From Candidatus Bathyarchaeia archaeon (GTDB taxonomy: Archaea > Thermoproteota > Bathyarchaeia > Bathyarchaeales > DTEX01), in NCBI GenBank assembly GCA_038859955.1, contig JAWCEH010000003.1:36667-100666 (forward strand): a stretch of DNA of 64,000 nucleotides, written 5' to 3'. The notes below the pieces were generated by a model that saw only the letters and a list, made by a program, of their open reading frames with translations, ran no database searches and was not told where the DNA came from. The translations under genes and the position numbers were made by a program. This document shows positions 1-9,626 of the stretch, piece after piece (the stretch's first letter is position 1; every line of letters starts with the position of its first letter).

Positions 1-327
1 AACTGGTTCATCATACATAAGCCTGCTACTTTGAGCGAATATTCTGGCTTCATCAATTAACACTCGCGCATCGGAGCTTAGTCCGACAACGGCGGCTCCT
101 ATATGTTCATCAACCTCATATATCTTCTGACTAAATTTCGGATTCTGTAGTCTAGATTCAATCTTTTCCTCAGCCCCTATAATAACACCCTCGGGGCACA
201 TTATACCAATAATAGTTGATCCTCTATAAACTGTTTCTAGTGCATACTCAACTTGAAATAAGCGGCCATCCGGAGAGAAAACGGTGATGGCCCTATCATA
301 CGCGCCGGGAACGGCGAACACTGACAT
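1..327 (-). CDS. psmA: Proteasome alpha subunit (5' part; runs off window edge)
   Basis: Manual translation from ATG at 327: MSVFAVPGAYDRAITVFSPDGRLFQVEYALE..., the YDR/FSPDGRLFQVEYA alpha-subunit signature. Confidence 0.95.
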   Translation of the reverse strand, partial: MSVFAVPGAYDRAITVFSPDGRLFQVEYALETVYRGSTIIGIMCPEGVIIGAEEKIESRLQNPKFSQKIYEVDEHIGAAVVGLSSDARVLIDEARIFAQSSRLMYDEPV

Positions 328-422
328 TTTCTATATCACCTCTCCTTTAGCATCAGTTCTACTACTTTTCTCCTTGAGAAGTAAATAAATGAGACTAAAA
401 AACCTTTTGCATATATTTAGTA

Positions 423-680
423 TTAACTGGTTCTCTTCACTGCCAAGAGCGTTCTCTCTGCGGTCAATATGCAACTTAGCAAATCATTGATTGTTGACAG
501 AAGGGTTGCAGTGTTCTCACCCCGGTATTTGATGCTAGTAACAGTTTTATTGTCTAAAGCCCTTGTCTCTATTAATAATCCTTCAGGAGTTTCTAAGTTG
601 TCTGGCGATACCCCACTTGATATAGCGGCAGCTTCTCTCTCATCGCTATATATGAGCGTTATTTCAACCTCAACCTCCAT
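423..680 (-). CDS. pcc1: KEOPS complex subunit Pcc1
   Basis: 85 aa, SPDN motif and C-terminal STINDLL helix; lies after rps15-DHH as is common in archaea. Confidence 0.8.
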   Translation of the reverse strand: MEVEVEITLIYSDEREAAAISSGVSPDNLETPEGLLIETRALDNKTVTSIKYRGENTATLLSTINDLLSCILTAERTLLAVKRTS

Positions 681-2130
681 TTCGCCTCAGCCTCTCAATC
701 TGCTCTTTCACAAGCAAATCAACGTATCTTAGAAATCGCGTCTTCTGCTCATACGGCACTTGAGCTCCTGCAGCAATATCATGTCCACCACCTATGCCGG
801 AACACTTTTCGGCGGCAATACGCAATATCTCCCCGATGTTTACTCCCATCTGAGTTAGCATGTCTGTTGCGCGCGCAGATATTTTAATTACTCCCTCCTT
901 TGGTATAAATGAGTAGGCTATTAATGGCTTATCCGGTTTTGGTAGATTTGTTGATATTATAGTTGATATCGTGCTTATCGCCCGCTCATCAATATCTTTT
1001 TCCCCATGTAGAATGTAAATAAATTCCCACTCCTCAATACGGTCTGGGTTCTCGTCAAGCCATGTAAGATATTTTGTGATTGTTTGCCTATATTCTTCTA
1101 AAATCTTAAGTGCATCTTCGTATGCTTTACCTCTATCGCCCATGCATATAGCCACACCAAGGCCAGGCGTATTCATTCTCCCAGTTGCATTCAAGAGAAG
1201 AGCGTATTCTCTGGCATCTCTAAGCGGCGTCCAAGGCTCTTCTCTTGCAAGAATATATATTGTTCCAAGCAAACTCATGGCAACCTCGCTTCTAAACCCC
1301 TTGGAAACCAGATAATCATGTAAAGCGGAAAATAACCTGCGTTTTTCATCCTGCGATAAGTCTCTTAAAGCTCGCCATCTATCATTCCTTTTTAACTCAA
1401 TATTTAACCCGCTTAGAAAAGCTAGGCTTTTATCCTCCTCGCCGCTTATCCCGGGTATATAAGGGCTTGTCGTATAAGCTAATGCTTTATGTATTGGACG
1501 CGTCTCCCTACCAAAGAATAGTAGGTCTGTTTCAATACTTAAAAACCCGGATTCAACGGCATCCTTAACGATAAGGCCATTAACCCCGCCTAATTTTCTC
1601 TCACTAAATTTATCCTGTAGGTCGCCTAAGGCTCCTACAACGGCTAAACAGGCGAGGTCGATATTTCTCTCATCCAATGATTTAGCTACAAGATATGAAA
1701 TTCCAGCCGAGCTTATCTCTCTGGATCCATCTATTCCATAAAGGTGGGGATTAACTTGTAGGAATAATTCCTTTGGCTTTCCAATAGGTTGATGGTGATC
1801 AAGTATAATCACCCGCTTATCGCCAACTTTGGCGCTTAAAATATCTAGGTATCCGCTCCCCATATCAGTAAAGATTGGTAGCGTTTCTTCTCCACCTTGC
1901 AGGCATACCTCACCTATAACCCTCTCGTCCATCCAACGTTCTATCCGAATAATAAAGTTTGCTCCAGCCCTAAATAGAGCCCTGCCAATTATTCCAGCAG
2001 CAGTTATTCCGTCAGCATCCATATGTGAGACTATAAATATTTTTCTTTTCCTGCTAATGCTATCGAGTATCTCGTCAGCCGCCCTTTTAGACTCATCGAT
2101 AAACTCATTTAAGCGGGTTTCACTCGTCAT
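670..2130 (-). CDS. DHH family phosphoesterase, RecJ/GAN (Cdc45-like)
   Basis: Motifs SHMDADG, FTDMG, LDHH and DHHA1 GGGHDIAAG; adjacent to rps15. Confidence 0.88.
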   Translation of the reverse strand: MTSETRLNEFIDESKRAADEILDSISRKRKIFIVSHMDADGITAAGIIGRALFRAGANFIIRIERWMDERVIGEVCLQGGEETLPIFTDMGSGYLDILSAKVGDKRVIILDHHQPIGKPKELFLQVNPHLYGIDGSREISSAGISYLVAKSLDERNIDLACLAVVGALGDLQDKFSERKLGGVNGLIVKDAVESGFLSIETDLLFFGRETRPIHKALAYTTSPYIPGISGEEDKSLAFLSGLNIELKRNDRWRALRDLSQDEKRRLFSALHDYLVSKGFRSEVAMSLLGTIYILAREEPWTPLRDAREYALLLNATGRMNTPGLGVAICMGDRGKAYEDALKILEEYRQTITKYLTWLDENPDRIEEWEFIYILHGEKDIDERAISTISTIISTNLPKPDKPLIAYSFIPKEGVIKISARATDMLTQMGVNIGEILRIAAEKCSGIGGGHDIAAGAQVPYEQKTRFLRYVDLLVKEQIERLRRNGG

Positions 2131-2141
2131 TAAGATCCCAT

Positions 2142-2582
2142 TTAAGCGATGGAAGCAACTGCAGTCTTATACTCCCAGTTTGGCGGTAATACACCTCTTT
2201 CCTTATAATACTCTGATAAGCGATGAATTCTAGATTCAATATACTGGAGTGCTCTCTTATTACGTTTATCCTTGTTATTTTTCTGTAGATGCGCAGATAC
2301 GCGGACGGCTTTCTTGAGAAGGTTCTCTAAGTCTTCAGGTATCCTAGGCGCTAAACCATTCTCCTTCAATATTTCAACTATGCCCTTACCAACTATTGGC
2401 TTAACAAGCGGGATGCCATATTGATCACGTAATATCATGCCTATTCTACTAGGCGAATTACCCTCCCTAGCAAGCTTAACAATTAAGGCTACAACCTCAT
2501 CTGGAGTGTATTTACACCAGCTTGGAGGTCTTTTCCCAACGGGTCTGATCGAATGTGAGCGTCCCTTCTCCTTCTTAGGCAA
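2142..2582 (-). CDS. rps15: 30S ribosomal protein uS15 (S15P/S13e)
   Basis: KGRSHSIRP, IGMILRDQYGIP, ESRIHRL motifs; likely start is TTG at 2582 preceded by GGAGGA (ORF track extends to 2621). Confidence 0.95.
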   Translation of the reverse strand: MPKKEKGRSHSIRPVGKRPPSWCKYTPDEVVALIVKLAREGNSPSRIGMILRDQYGIPLVKPIVGKGIVEILKENGLAPRIPEDLENLLKKAVRVSAHLQKNNKDKRNKRALQYIESRIHRLSEYYKERGVLPPNWEYKTAVASIA

Positions 2583-2667
2583 GGCTGATCCTCCAGTGAA
2601 CTCTTGAAAAACAAGGTACACGAATATTTAAAAGCTTTGCTCAGCAGCTTTCCCATCCGCTACTGCA

Positions 2668-2675
2668 TTTATATA
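2668..2675 (+). promoter_or_regulatory. Putative TATA box of melA (likely short or no leader)
   Basis: TTTATATA about 25-32 nt upstream of GTG at 2700. Confidence 0.5.
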
Positions 2676-2699
2676 GCGAGTTAACTATCAATTTTTAGG

Positions 2700-3992
2700 G
2701 TGATTTACGTGGCTAAAATAGTATTTATTGGCGCTGGAAGCGTCGTTTTTGCCAGCCGTCTACTCACAGATATTATTTACCATCCAGAGCTTAGAGACTC
2801 GACTGTTGCCTTAATGGACATCGATGCTGAGCGTCTTGAGTTAATAAGCAAGTTTGCACGAGTGGTAGCTTCAAAGTACGCACCCAACATGAAGATTGAG
2901 TCTACGCTTAACCGCAGGGAGGCATTAAAGGATGCCGACTTTGTGGTTATCATGATTCAAGTTGGCGGGTTAGAGGCATTTGAGATTGACATAAACATTC
3001 CCTTAAAGTATGGCGTAAACCAGGAGGTTGGGGACACTATCGGTCCAGGCGGCGTTTTCCGCGGTCTTAGAACTATACCAGTCTTGCTGGATATATGCTA
3101 CGATATGGAGGATCTTTGTCCAGACGCTCTGCTAATTAACTATGCTAACCCGATGGCGATTAATTGCTGGGCTATGAATAAAGCGACGAAGATAAAGAAT
3201 GTCGGTCTCTGTCATAGCGTTCAGGGAACAGCAATGCAGCTAGCAAACTACGTTAATCTCCCCTACGAAGACATTTATTACTGGGTTGCCGGAATAAATC
3301 ATCAGGCTTTCTTCCTGGAATTTAAGTATAAGGATAGAGATGCCTACCCGCTTCTCTGGGAGGCCATGAAAAAGAAGGAAATTTACGAGAAAGATAAGGT
3401 TCGATTCGAAATGATGAAATACCTAGGATACTTTATAACGGAGTCAAGCCACCACCTAGGCGAATACGTACCATACTTCAGAACAACCGAGGAGAGACGA
3501 AAAAAGTATTGCGAACCAAGGTGGTTCTATCTTGAAATATGTAAGGAAGCCTGGAAACCTCATTTCGAGCGAGTAAAGAAACAGATAAGCGGCGAGATAC
3601 CTATTGAGCTAAGTAGATCACACGAGTATGGCGTAGACATAATATACTCGATGGAAACAGGCAAACCTTGCCGAATAAACGGTAATGTTGAAAACAAGTG
3701 GCTGATAACAAATCTACCATATGGATGCTGTGTTGAAGTTCCATGTTTTGTCGATAAAGGAGGTATACATCCATGTCACGTCGGCGACTTACCGTCTCAA
3801 TGCGCAGCTCTCAATAGAACAAATATTAATGTTCAAGAGATGGCTGTTAAGGCGGCTCTAGAAAAAGACAGGACCGCAGCCCTGCAGGCTATAATGTTTG
3901 ATCCGCTAACGTCGGCTATCCTAACGCCTAGAGACATTGAAATGATGGTTAATGAAATGTTCGAGGCTGAAGCAAAATGGATTCCATTTTAG
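2700..3992 (+). CDS. melA: GH4 NAD+-dependent alpha-galactosidase (MelA-like)
   Basis: IGAGS NAD-binding motif, GDTIGPGG, NYANP, GLCHS, GINH. Confidence 0.85.
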   Translation: MIYVAKIVFIGAGSVVFASRLLTDIIYHPELRDSTVALMDIDAERLELISKFARVVASKYAPNMKIESTLNRREALKDADFVVIMIQVGGLEAFEIDINIPLKYGVNQEVGDTIGPGGVFRGLRTIPVLLDICYDMEDLCPDALLINYANPMAINCWAMNKATKIKNVGLCHSVQGTAMQLANYVNLPYEDIYYWVAGINHQAFFLEFKYKDRDAYPLLWEAMKKKEIYEKDKVRFEMMKYLGYFITESSHHLGEYVPYFRTTEERRKKYCEPRWFYLEICKEAWKPHFERVKKQISGEIPIELSRSHEYGVDIIYSMETGKPCRINGNVENKWLITNLPYGCCVEVPCFVDKGGIHPCHVGDLPSQCAALNRTNINVQEMAVKAALEKDRTAALQAIMFDPLTSAILTPRDIEMMVNEMFEAEAKWIPF

Positions 3993-4143
3993 AAATCTTT
4001 CTACGGAATGGCACTAATTCTCTGGTTGAATTGATTAATAACTGTAGCCTACAAAAACCTTTTTATTTGATGCATCTGGGAAAGGTTAAAAGCATCATTG
4101 TACAATATATAACTTGCTTAATATTCTGTATGAGTGGTTGATT

Positions 4144-4647
4144 ATGTGGGATAAAATAGCGAAGTGTTTGGAGGGTTACCCTGAGAGACTTAATGTCGCA
4201 AAGATACTAATTAAGAATGGTTTGAGTGTAAGGAACGGGAGGATTTACTGTGGTGACATAGTTATTCCCGTAGTTAGAATAAGTCGAGTTGCCCGTGTTG
4301 ATAGAAGAACTGTTACTCAGACGATAAGTATGATTGAGAGCAACCCAGAGCTAAAAACAATCTTTAGTGGTATAAGTCCATCCGGGCCGTCGCTACGTGA
4401 AGTGGCAAAATACCTAAACTTTGGCGTTGTTGAAATAACCCCTATCGACGCAAAAACACCCGGTATACTGGCTGCAGCGGCATCCCTAATAGCGCAGAAG
4501 AACATAAGTATTAGACAGGCGATAGTTGATGACCCGGAGCTTACGCCTGAGCCAAAATTAACCCTTATAACTGAAACAAAAATACCTGGTGAACTTATAC
4601 CGGAATTTCTAAAGATAAGGGGTGTATCAAAAGTCTCAGTATATTAA
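4144..4647 (+). CDS. ACT-domain amino-acid-binding regulator (COG2150-like)
   Basis: N-terminal HTH-like VDRRTV segment and C-terminal ACT PGILA...ISIRQ; ATG at 4144 more likely than 4114. Confidence 0.8.
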   Translation: MWDKIAKCLEGYPERLNVAKILIKNGLSVRNGRIYCGDIVIPVVRISRVARVDRRTVTQTISMIESNPELKTIFSGISPSGPSLREVAKYLNFGVVEITPIDAKTPGILAAAASLIAQKNISIRQAIVDDPELTPEPKLTLITETKIPGELIPEFLKIRGVSKVSVY

Positions 4648-4670
4648 TGTAATGTATAGTATTTAAAGAG

Positions 4671-5336
4671 TTGAGAGGAAATCTTTTGCTTGACCTACTG
4701 GGGATTGCATCCTTATCCTTCTTAACAGCTCTTTCTGGCGCCGTTGTTCCGGGGCCCGTCTTTGCGCTTGTAGTTTCAGAGTCTATTAGGAGTGGTAAAA
4801 TAGCTGGTCCCCTGATTATTTTAGGGCACTTCATTATTGAATGGATTATAATATTCATGATCTTCTTAGGACTGGGTCCGCTTTTAGAGCACGAGGGTGT
4901 TAAGGTTGCAGTAGGCTACATTGGTGGTGTTATATTGATATTTATGGGCTTACGGTTAGCTATGGATTCACTGCGCATAAAGATCGTGGAAGACTCATTC
5001 TCCAGAATTGACCAGAAGAGAGGAAGATTGCCTCTATATAATTTAATTGCTTCAGGTTTCTTGGCAAGTTGCTCAAACCCGTATTTCTTTTTGTGGTGGC
5101 TGACAACGGGTGTTCCTGTAATAGTAAATTCGATGTCTATTGCTGGAGCTCTGGGTTTCACGCTTTTCCTAATTGGGCATTCAGCCGCCGATTTGTTATG
5201 GTTTAGCCTCGTAGGCTATTCCATTCATAAGGGCAGAAGAATCTTGAGTAAAAAGTTTATTCAAGCAATACTTTTGGTAAGCGCTTCCTTCCTTATAGCA
5301 TTTGCAGTCTTCATACTCATTTCTTTGCAAGTTTGA
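4671..5336 (+). CDS. LysE family amino acid exporter
   Basis: PGP motif in TM1, NPY..WW motif, about 6 TM helices. Confidence 0.88.
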   Translation: MRGNLLLDLLGIASLSFLTALSGAVVPGPVFALVVSESIRSGKIAGPLIILGHFIIEWIIIFMIFLGLGPLLEHEGVKVAVGYIGGVILIFMGLRLAMDSLRIKIVEDSFSRIDQKRGRLPLYNLIASGFLASCSNPYFFLWWLTTGVPVIVNSMSIAGALGFTLFLIGHSAADLLWFSLVGYSIHKGRRILSKKFIQAILLVSASFLIAFAVFILISLQV

Positions 5337-5449
5337 TGTTAACATGCTAGTTAATATACGTGTGATGGTTAAGCAAAACACTTTTTACTCTAATTTATAC
5401 TTTATTTTATTCTCTAAAATTAATTTGATAAGCACGGTCGGCGATAGAT

Positions 5450-8353
5450 TTGGCGGCTGAGGAAACGCAGCAGATGCAAGTAGCGAAAAAGAATGCCTTT
5501 GATTTGTTAGCGCGCCCCATACGTAAGCTTATTGAGGAGAAGGGGTTCAAGTCTCCAACTGAGCCGCAATCAAAGGTTATACCAAAAATCCTCGAGGGAA
5601 AGAATGTCCTCTTAATATCGCCGACCGCGAGTGGTAAGACTGAAGCTGCAGTCCTCCCGATCTTAAATATGCTTATTCAAATGCCTAAGAGAGAACCAGG
5701 AATAAAAGTTTTATACATTACGCCCTTGAGGGCTCTAAATCGTGACATGCTTGAGCGGCTGGAGTGGTGGTGCAATAACTTAGACGTTAAACTAGCTGTT
5801 AGACATGGTGACACGGATGCAAATGAGCGTTCAAAGCAAGCGAGAAGCCCACCAGATATGCTGATAACAACGCCTGAGACCCTTCAATCTATATTGTCCG
5901 GATGGATCATGCGCCGTCATCTTCAGTCAATAAGATGGGTTGTGGTTGATGAGGTTCATGAGCTGGCTGATAGCAAGCGCGGCAGTCAGTTGGCATTGGC
6001 GCTTGAGAGACTTAGGGCCATAACCAGTAAGGATTTCCAGATAGTCGGTCTCTCGGCAACAATAGGCACACCGGAGAGAGTCGCTCAATTCCTCGTTGGA
6101 AACGATAGGCCCATTGAAATTGTAAGGGTTCCAGTTGCCAGATTAATGAGGTTGCATATACTTTATCCTAAACCTGAAGCCCAAGATTACGAGCTATCAT
6201 CAATCCTATTTACACATCCGGAAGTTGCAGCTCGGCTCCGAATAATGCGTCAGCTCATTGAGAAGCATAATTCAGTCCTCCTATTCACAAATACCCGTAC
6301 GATCTCGGAGATCCTTGCGAGCAGATTTAAAATATGGGATGTAAACTTTCCAATCTCTATTCATCATGGATCGCTGGCTAAACCCTCTAGAATTGCTGCT
6401 GAAAGGGGCCTCAAAGGAGGCGACCTCCGCGGTCTTGTTTGCACTAGCAGTCTGGAATTAGGCATAGATGTTGGCAGAATAGATTTAGTCATACAATATA
6501 TGAGTCCAAGGCAGGTTACCCGCCTAATACAGCGAGTTGGTAGAAGTGGGCATAGAATTGGTCGTATGGCAAATGGCGTAATCATAACAATGGATTCAGA
6601 TGACGCCCTAGAAGCCATGGTTATAGGTAGAAAAGCTTACATGGAAGAACTAGAGCCAGTGGACATACCTGAGAAGCCATTTGATGTATTAGCGCATCAG
6701 ATAGCGGCCTTCCTAATGAAAAGAAAACGCTTGGAATTTAATGAAATATACGAGGTTTACAAAAAAGCGTATCCCTACAGAGACTTAACGATGGATGATA
6801 TAAGACGTGTTCTGGAGTATATGCATAATCGCTTCCCAAGGCTTGCTTGGGTCTCGTTTGAGGATGGCGTAATCCTTAAGCCACGCAGAACAAAAGCGCT
6901 TTTCGAGTACTTCTTCGAGAATCTCTCAATGATACCGGACGAGAAGCACTACCTCGTTATTGATAAGGAGACGGATACGGCTGTCGGCCTTTTAGATGAA
7001 GCATTCGTAGCCGAATATGGTAAGCCTGGAGTTAAGTTCATAATACGAGGTAGTCCATGGAAGATAGTAGGCGTGGATGAGGACAAGATACACGTAAAGC
7101 CTGTTGATGACCCAACAGGAGCGATACCAAGCTGGGTTGGCGAGGAGATACCTGTACCCTTCGAAGTTGCTCAAGAAGTAGGCGCAATCAGAGCTTTTGT
7201 GGAAGAGAAGCTAAAGGCGGGTCTCACCCCGGAAGATATAGCTAAAGACCTTTCTAGGAGGTATCCTGCTGATGAAAAGACAACTCTGGATGCCATAGCT
7301 GAAACTGTTGAGCATGTTAGAAAGGGCTATCCGGTCCCAACCGATAAGCGTATAACCGTTGAGGAATGGGAAGACTTTATCATACTACACTGCAACTTTG
7401 GCTCACTGACTAATAGAGCTCTAGCCCAGCTTATGGGCCATATATTATCCGAGATAACAGGTTATTCCATCGTTGTTCAGCACGACCCCTATAGGATATT
7501 CATTCAAACGATGGGCGAAGCTAAAATTGAAACCGTTCTCAGCATTCTTTCAGATCTTAAAAATGCAAGCGAGGATATAATTAAAGAAACAATGACTAGA
7601 GCCGTGGTTAAAACTGGTATATTCAAAAGGCGCCTAATACATGTCGCTAGGCGGTTTGGCGCAATACAAAAGTGGGTTGACTTCGAGAGTGTAAGCCTTA
7701 GAAACCTGATGAAAAGCTTCGAGGACACAGTAATATATGAGGAGGCTTTGAAGGAAGTTTTCACAAAGGATCTTGATCTTAAAAACCTTGTTAATGTTCT
7801 TGGCATGATGAAGCGTGGTGATATAAAAATTGTTAGAGTTGAAACTCATGGTGAAGCCACTCCAATAGCTCGCATTGGAATAGAACGTGTGAGCATGAAG
7901 ACGGACCTTATACCACCTGAAAAGATGCAAAGAATTCTAATAGAGTCGGCTAAGGCTAGGCTCTTAGATGAGACTAGGACATTTATTTGTACTGAGTGCT
8001 GGGACTACATTGAAATGGTAACTATCAGAGATCTCCCGGAAAAACCATTGTGTCCAAAATGCGGTTCGCCAAAGCTCGGTGTGCTTGAAGCTGAGGAGGA
8101 TGAAGCCTACCCGCTGATAGAGAAGAGGGGCGAAAGGCTGACTAAAAGTGAGGAGTATCTTAAAGAAGAAGCGTTGGAGACCGCGAAATTAGTATCAAAG
8201 TACGGTAAAGCCGCAGCAGTAGCCCTTTCAGGCAAGAGACTTAGATTAAACGATGTTAAAGAAATATTATCAAAGGAGAGTTATCTCACCGACAGATTTT
8301 TTGAGTTAATAATTGAGGCTGAACGTGAAGCATTAAAGAGAAGGTTCTGGTGA
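5450..8353 (+). CDS. lhr: Lhr-family DEAH helicase with C-terminal Zn finger
   Basis: PTASGKT, DEVH, SAT, HHGSL, QRVGRSGH, SMIPD, PSWVGE motifs; C-terminal CTEC...CPKC. Confidence 0.92.
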   Translation: MAAEETQQMQVAKKNAFDLLARPIRKLIEEKGFKSPTEPQSKVIPKILEGKNVLLISPTASGKTEAAVLPILNMLIQMPKREPGIKVLYITPLRALNRDMLERLEWWCNNLDVKLAVRHGDTDANERSKQARSPPDMLITTPETLQSILSGWIMRRHLQSIRWVVVDEVHELADSKRGSQLALALERLRAITSKDFQIVGLSATIGTPERVAQFLVGNDRPIEIVRVPVARLMRLHILYPKPEAQDYELSSILFTHPEVAARLRIMRQLIEKHNSVLLFTNTRTISEILASRFKIWDVNFPISIHHGSLAKPSRIAAERGLKGGDLRGLVCTSSLELGIDVGRIDLVIQYMSPRQVTRLIQRVGRSGHRIGRMANGVIITMDSDDALEAMVIGRKAYMEELEPVDIPEKPFDVLAHQIAAFLMKRKRLEFNEIYEVYKKAYPYRDLTMDDIRRVLEYMHNRFPRLAWVSFEDGVILKPRRTKALFEYFFENLSMIPDEKHYLVIDKETDTAVGLLDEAFVAEYGKPGVKFIIRGSPWKIVGVDEDKIHVKPVDDPTGAIPSWVGEEIPVPFEVAQEVGAIRAFVEEKLKAGLTPEDIAKDLSRRYPADEKTTLDAIAETVEHVRKGYPVPTDKRITVEEWEDFIILHCNFGSLTNRALAQLMGHILSEITGYSIVVQHDPYRIFIQTMGEAKIETVLSILSDLKNASEDIIKETMTRAVVKTGIFKRRLIHVARRFGAIQKWVDFESVSLRNLMKSFEDTVIYEEALKEVFTKDLDLKNLVNVLGMMKRGDIKIVRVETHGEATPIARIGIERVSMKTDLIPPEKMQRILIESAKARLLDETRTFICTECWDYIEMVTIRDLPEKPLCPKCGSPKLGVLEAEEDEAYPLIEKRGERLTKSEEYLKEEALETAKLVSKYGKAAAVALSGKRLRLNDVKEILSKESYLTDRFFELIIEAEREALKRRFW

Positions 8354-8414
8354 AAAAGCGTAAGGTAAAAATAACTCTTTGGCAATTAAACTGAAAATGT
8401 AAGAGGTGGATTAA

Positions 8415-8888
8415 TTGTTCATATCACCCTTCGTGGCATCACCTGAGCCTGTTATACGTAGACTCCTAACAATGGCAGAATTAAAACCTGGAGAAATATT
8501 TGTTGATCTAGGGGCTGGAGATGGTAGACCAGTGATAATGGCTGCTAAAGAATTCGGCGCCTTCGCTATTGGCATAGAGTTAAGGGAGGATTTAGCAAAG
8601 CAAGCAATGAAGAAGATAACTGAATTAGGCTTACAGGATAAAGTTAAAATAATACATGATGATCTCTTCAACGTTAATATAGGAATGGCTGACGTTGTCT
8701 ACTTATACCTTACGACTAGTGCAAACGAGAAGGTAAGACCGAAACTTGAAGCTGAGCTTAAAAAAGGAGCAAGAGTTGTATCACACGATTATGAAATAAT
8801 AGGTTGGAAGCCAGCTAAAGTTGAACGTTTCTCTGAAAGTTCATTCCTAGGGTTCCCAACTCATACGCTATATCTCTACAAAAGATAG
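8415..8888 (+). CDS. SAM-dependent protein-lysine methyltransferase (aKMT-like)
   Basis: PFVASP..V, DLGAGDGR, RVVSHDY motifs resemble the crenarchaeal aKMT family. Confidence 0.75.
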   Translation: MFISPFVASPEPVIRRLLTMAELKPGEIFVDLGAGDGRPVIMAAKEFGAFAIGIELREDLAKQAMKKITELGLQDKVKIIHDDLFNVNIGMADVVYLYLTTSANEKVRPKLEAELKKGARVVSHDYEIIGWKPAKVERFSESSFLGFPTHTLYLYKR

Positions 8889-9069
8889 GAGAGCCATTGT
8901 ATTTTGTATATATAAATTAAAATTAAATTAGAAAATCCAGTCCCATTTGAGAATTTATGGCGGATCTTTTTGGAAAAGGGAAGAAGGCGGTTCTAAGGGG
9001 AAATTAAATTTATTAATTAGTTTTTTCCATTTTCTCCAGAAAAGAGAGGAATTGTTAAGGGAGACATTA

Positions 9070-9597
9070 ATGGTCTTCATACCGTGGAGTCACGTGAATT
9101 CCTGGCGTTGCAACGGATGCGGATTGTGTTGTAAAGAATTTGAGGTAGTTTTAACGTTTAATGAGTGGTTATATATAACGAAGAAATATGGCGTGGGTGT
9201 TACAAAGGCTGGATTAAATAAGTTTTATATGGGCAAGAGATCAGATGGCTCGTGCATTTTCTTATATATGGCTCCAAATGGACAATGGTTATGCGGGCTT
9301 CAGAACAGTAAGCCATTAGCGTGTAAACTCTGGCCTTTTAAAGTGCTCAATAAACCAAGATACGGCAACACTAGCGAGGCCATATTTGAGTATAACGGTC
9401 AGAAATTCTATGTTTATATTGATCCGTTTTGTCCTGGAATACGTTGGGGTCCGCCATCTACAGAGCTAGTCTACAGAGTGGTTCCTGAGTTTATAGAGAT
9501 AGCTATGGGAATTAGACAAAGGCAACTATATTCAACGATGCCGATAACACCGAATTTCTTTATCGTTAAATCAAAAAGGGATTATAGGTTGATTTAA
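9070..9597 (+). CDS. YkgJ family cysteine-cluster (Fe-S/Zn) protein
   Basis: CNGCGLCC...CIFL...C...KPLACKLWPF; ATG at 9070 more likely than 8947. Confidence 0.8.
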   Translation: MVFIPWSHVNSWRCNGCGLCCKEFEVVLTFNEWLYITKKYGVGVTKAGLNKFYMGKRSDGSCIFLYMAPNGQWLCGLQNSKPLACKLWPFKVLNKPRYGNTSEAIFEYNGQKFYVYIDPFCPGIRWGPPSTELVYRVVPEFIEIAMGIRQRQLYSTMPITPNFFIVKSKRDYRLI

Positions 9598-9626
9598 AAT
9601 TTTTAAATTGTTTTTGGAATCCATTT

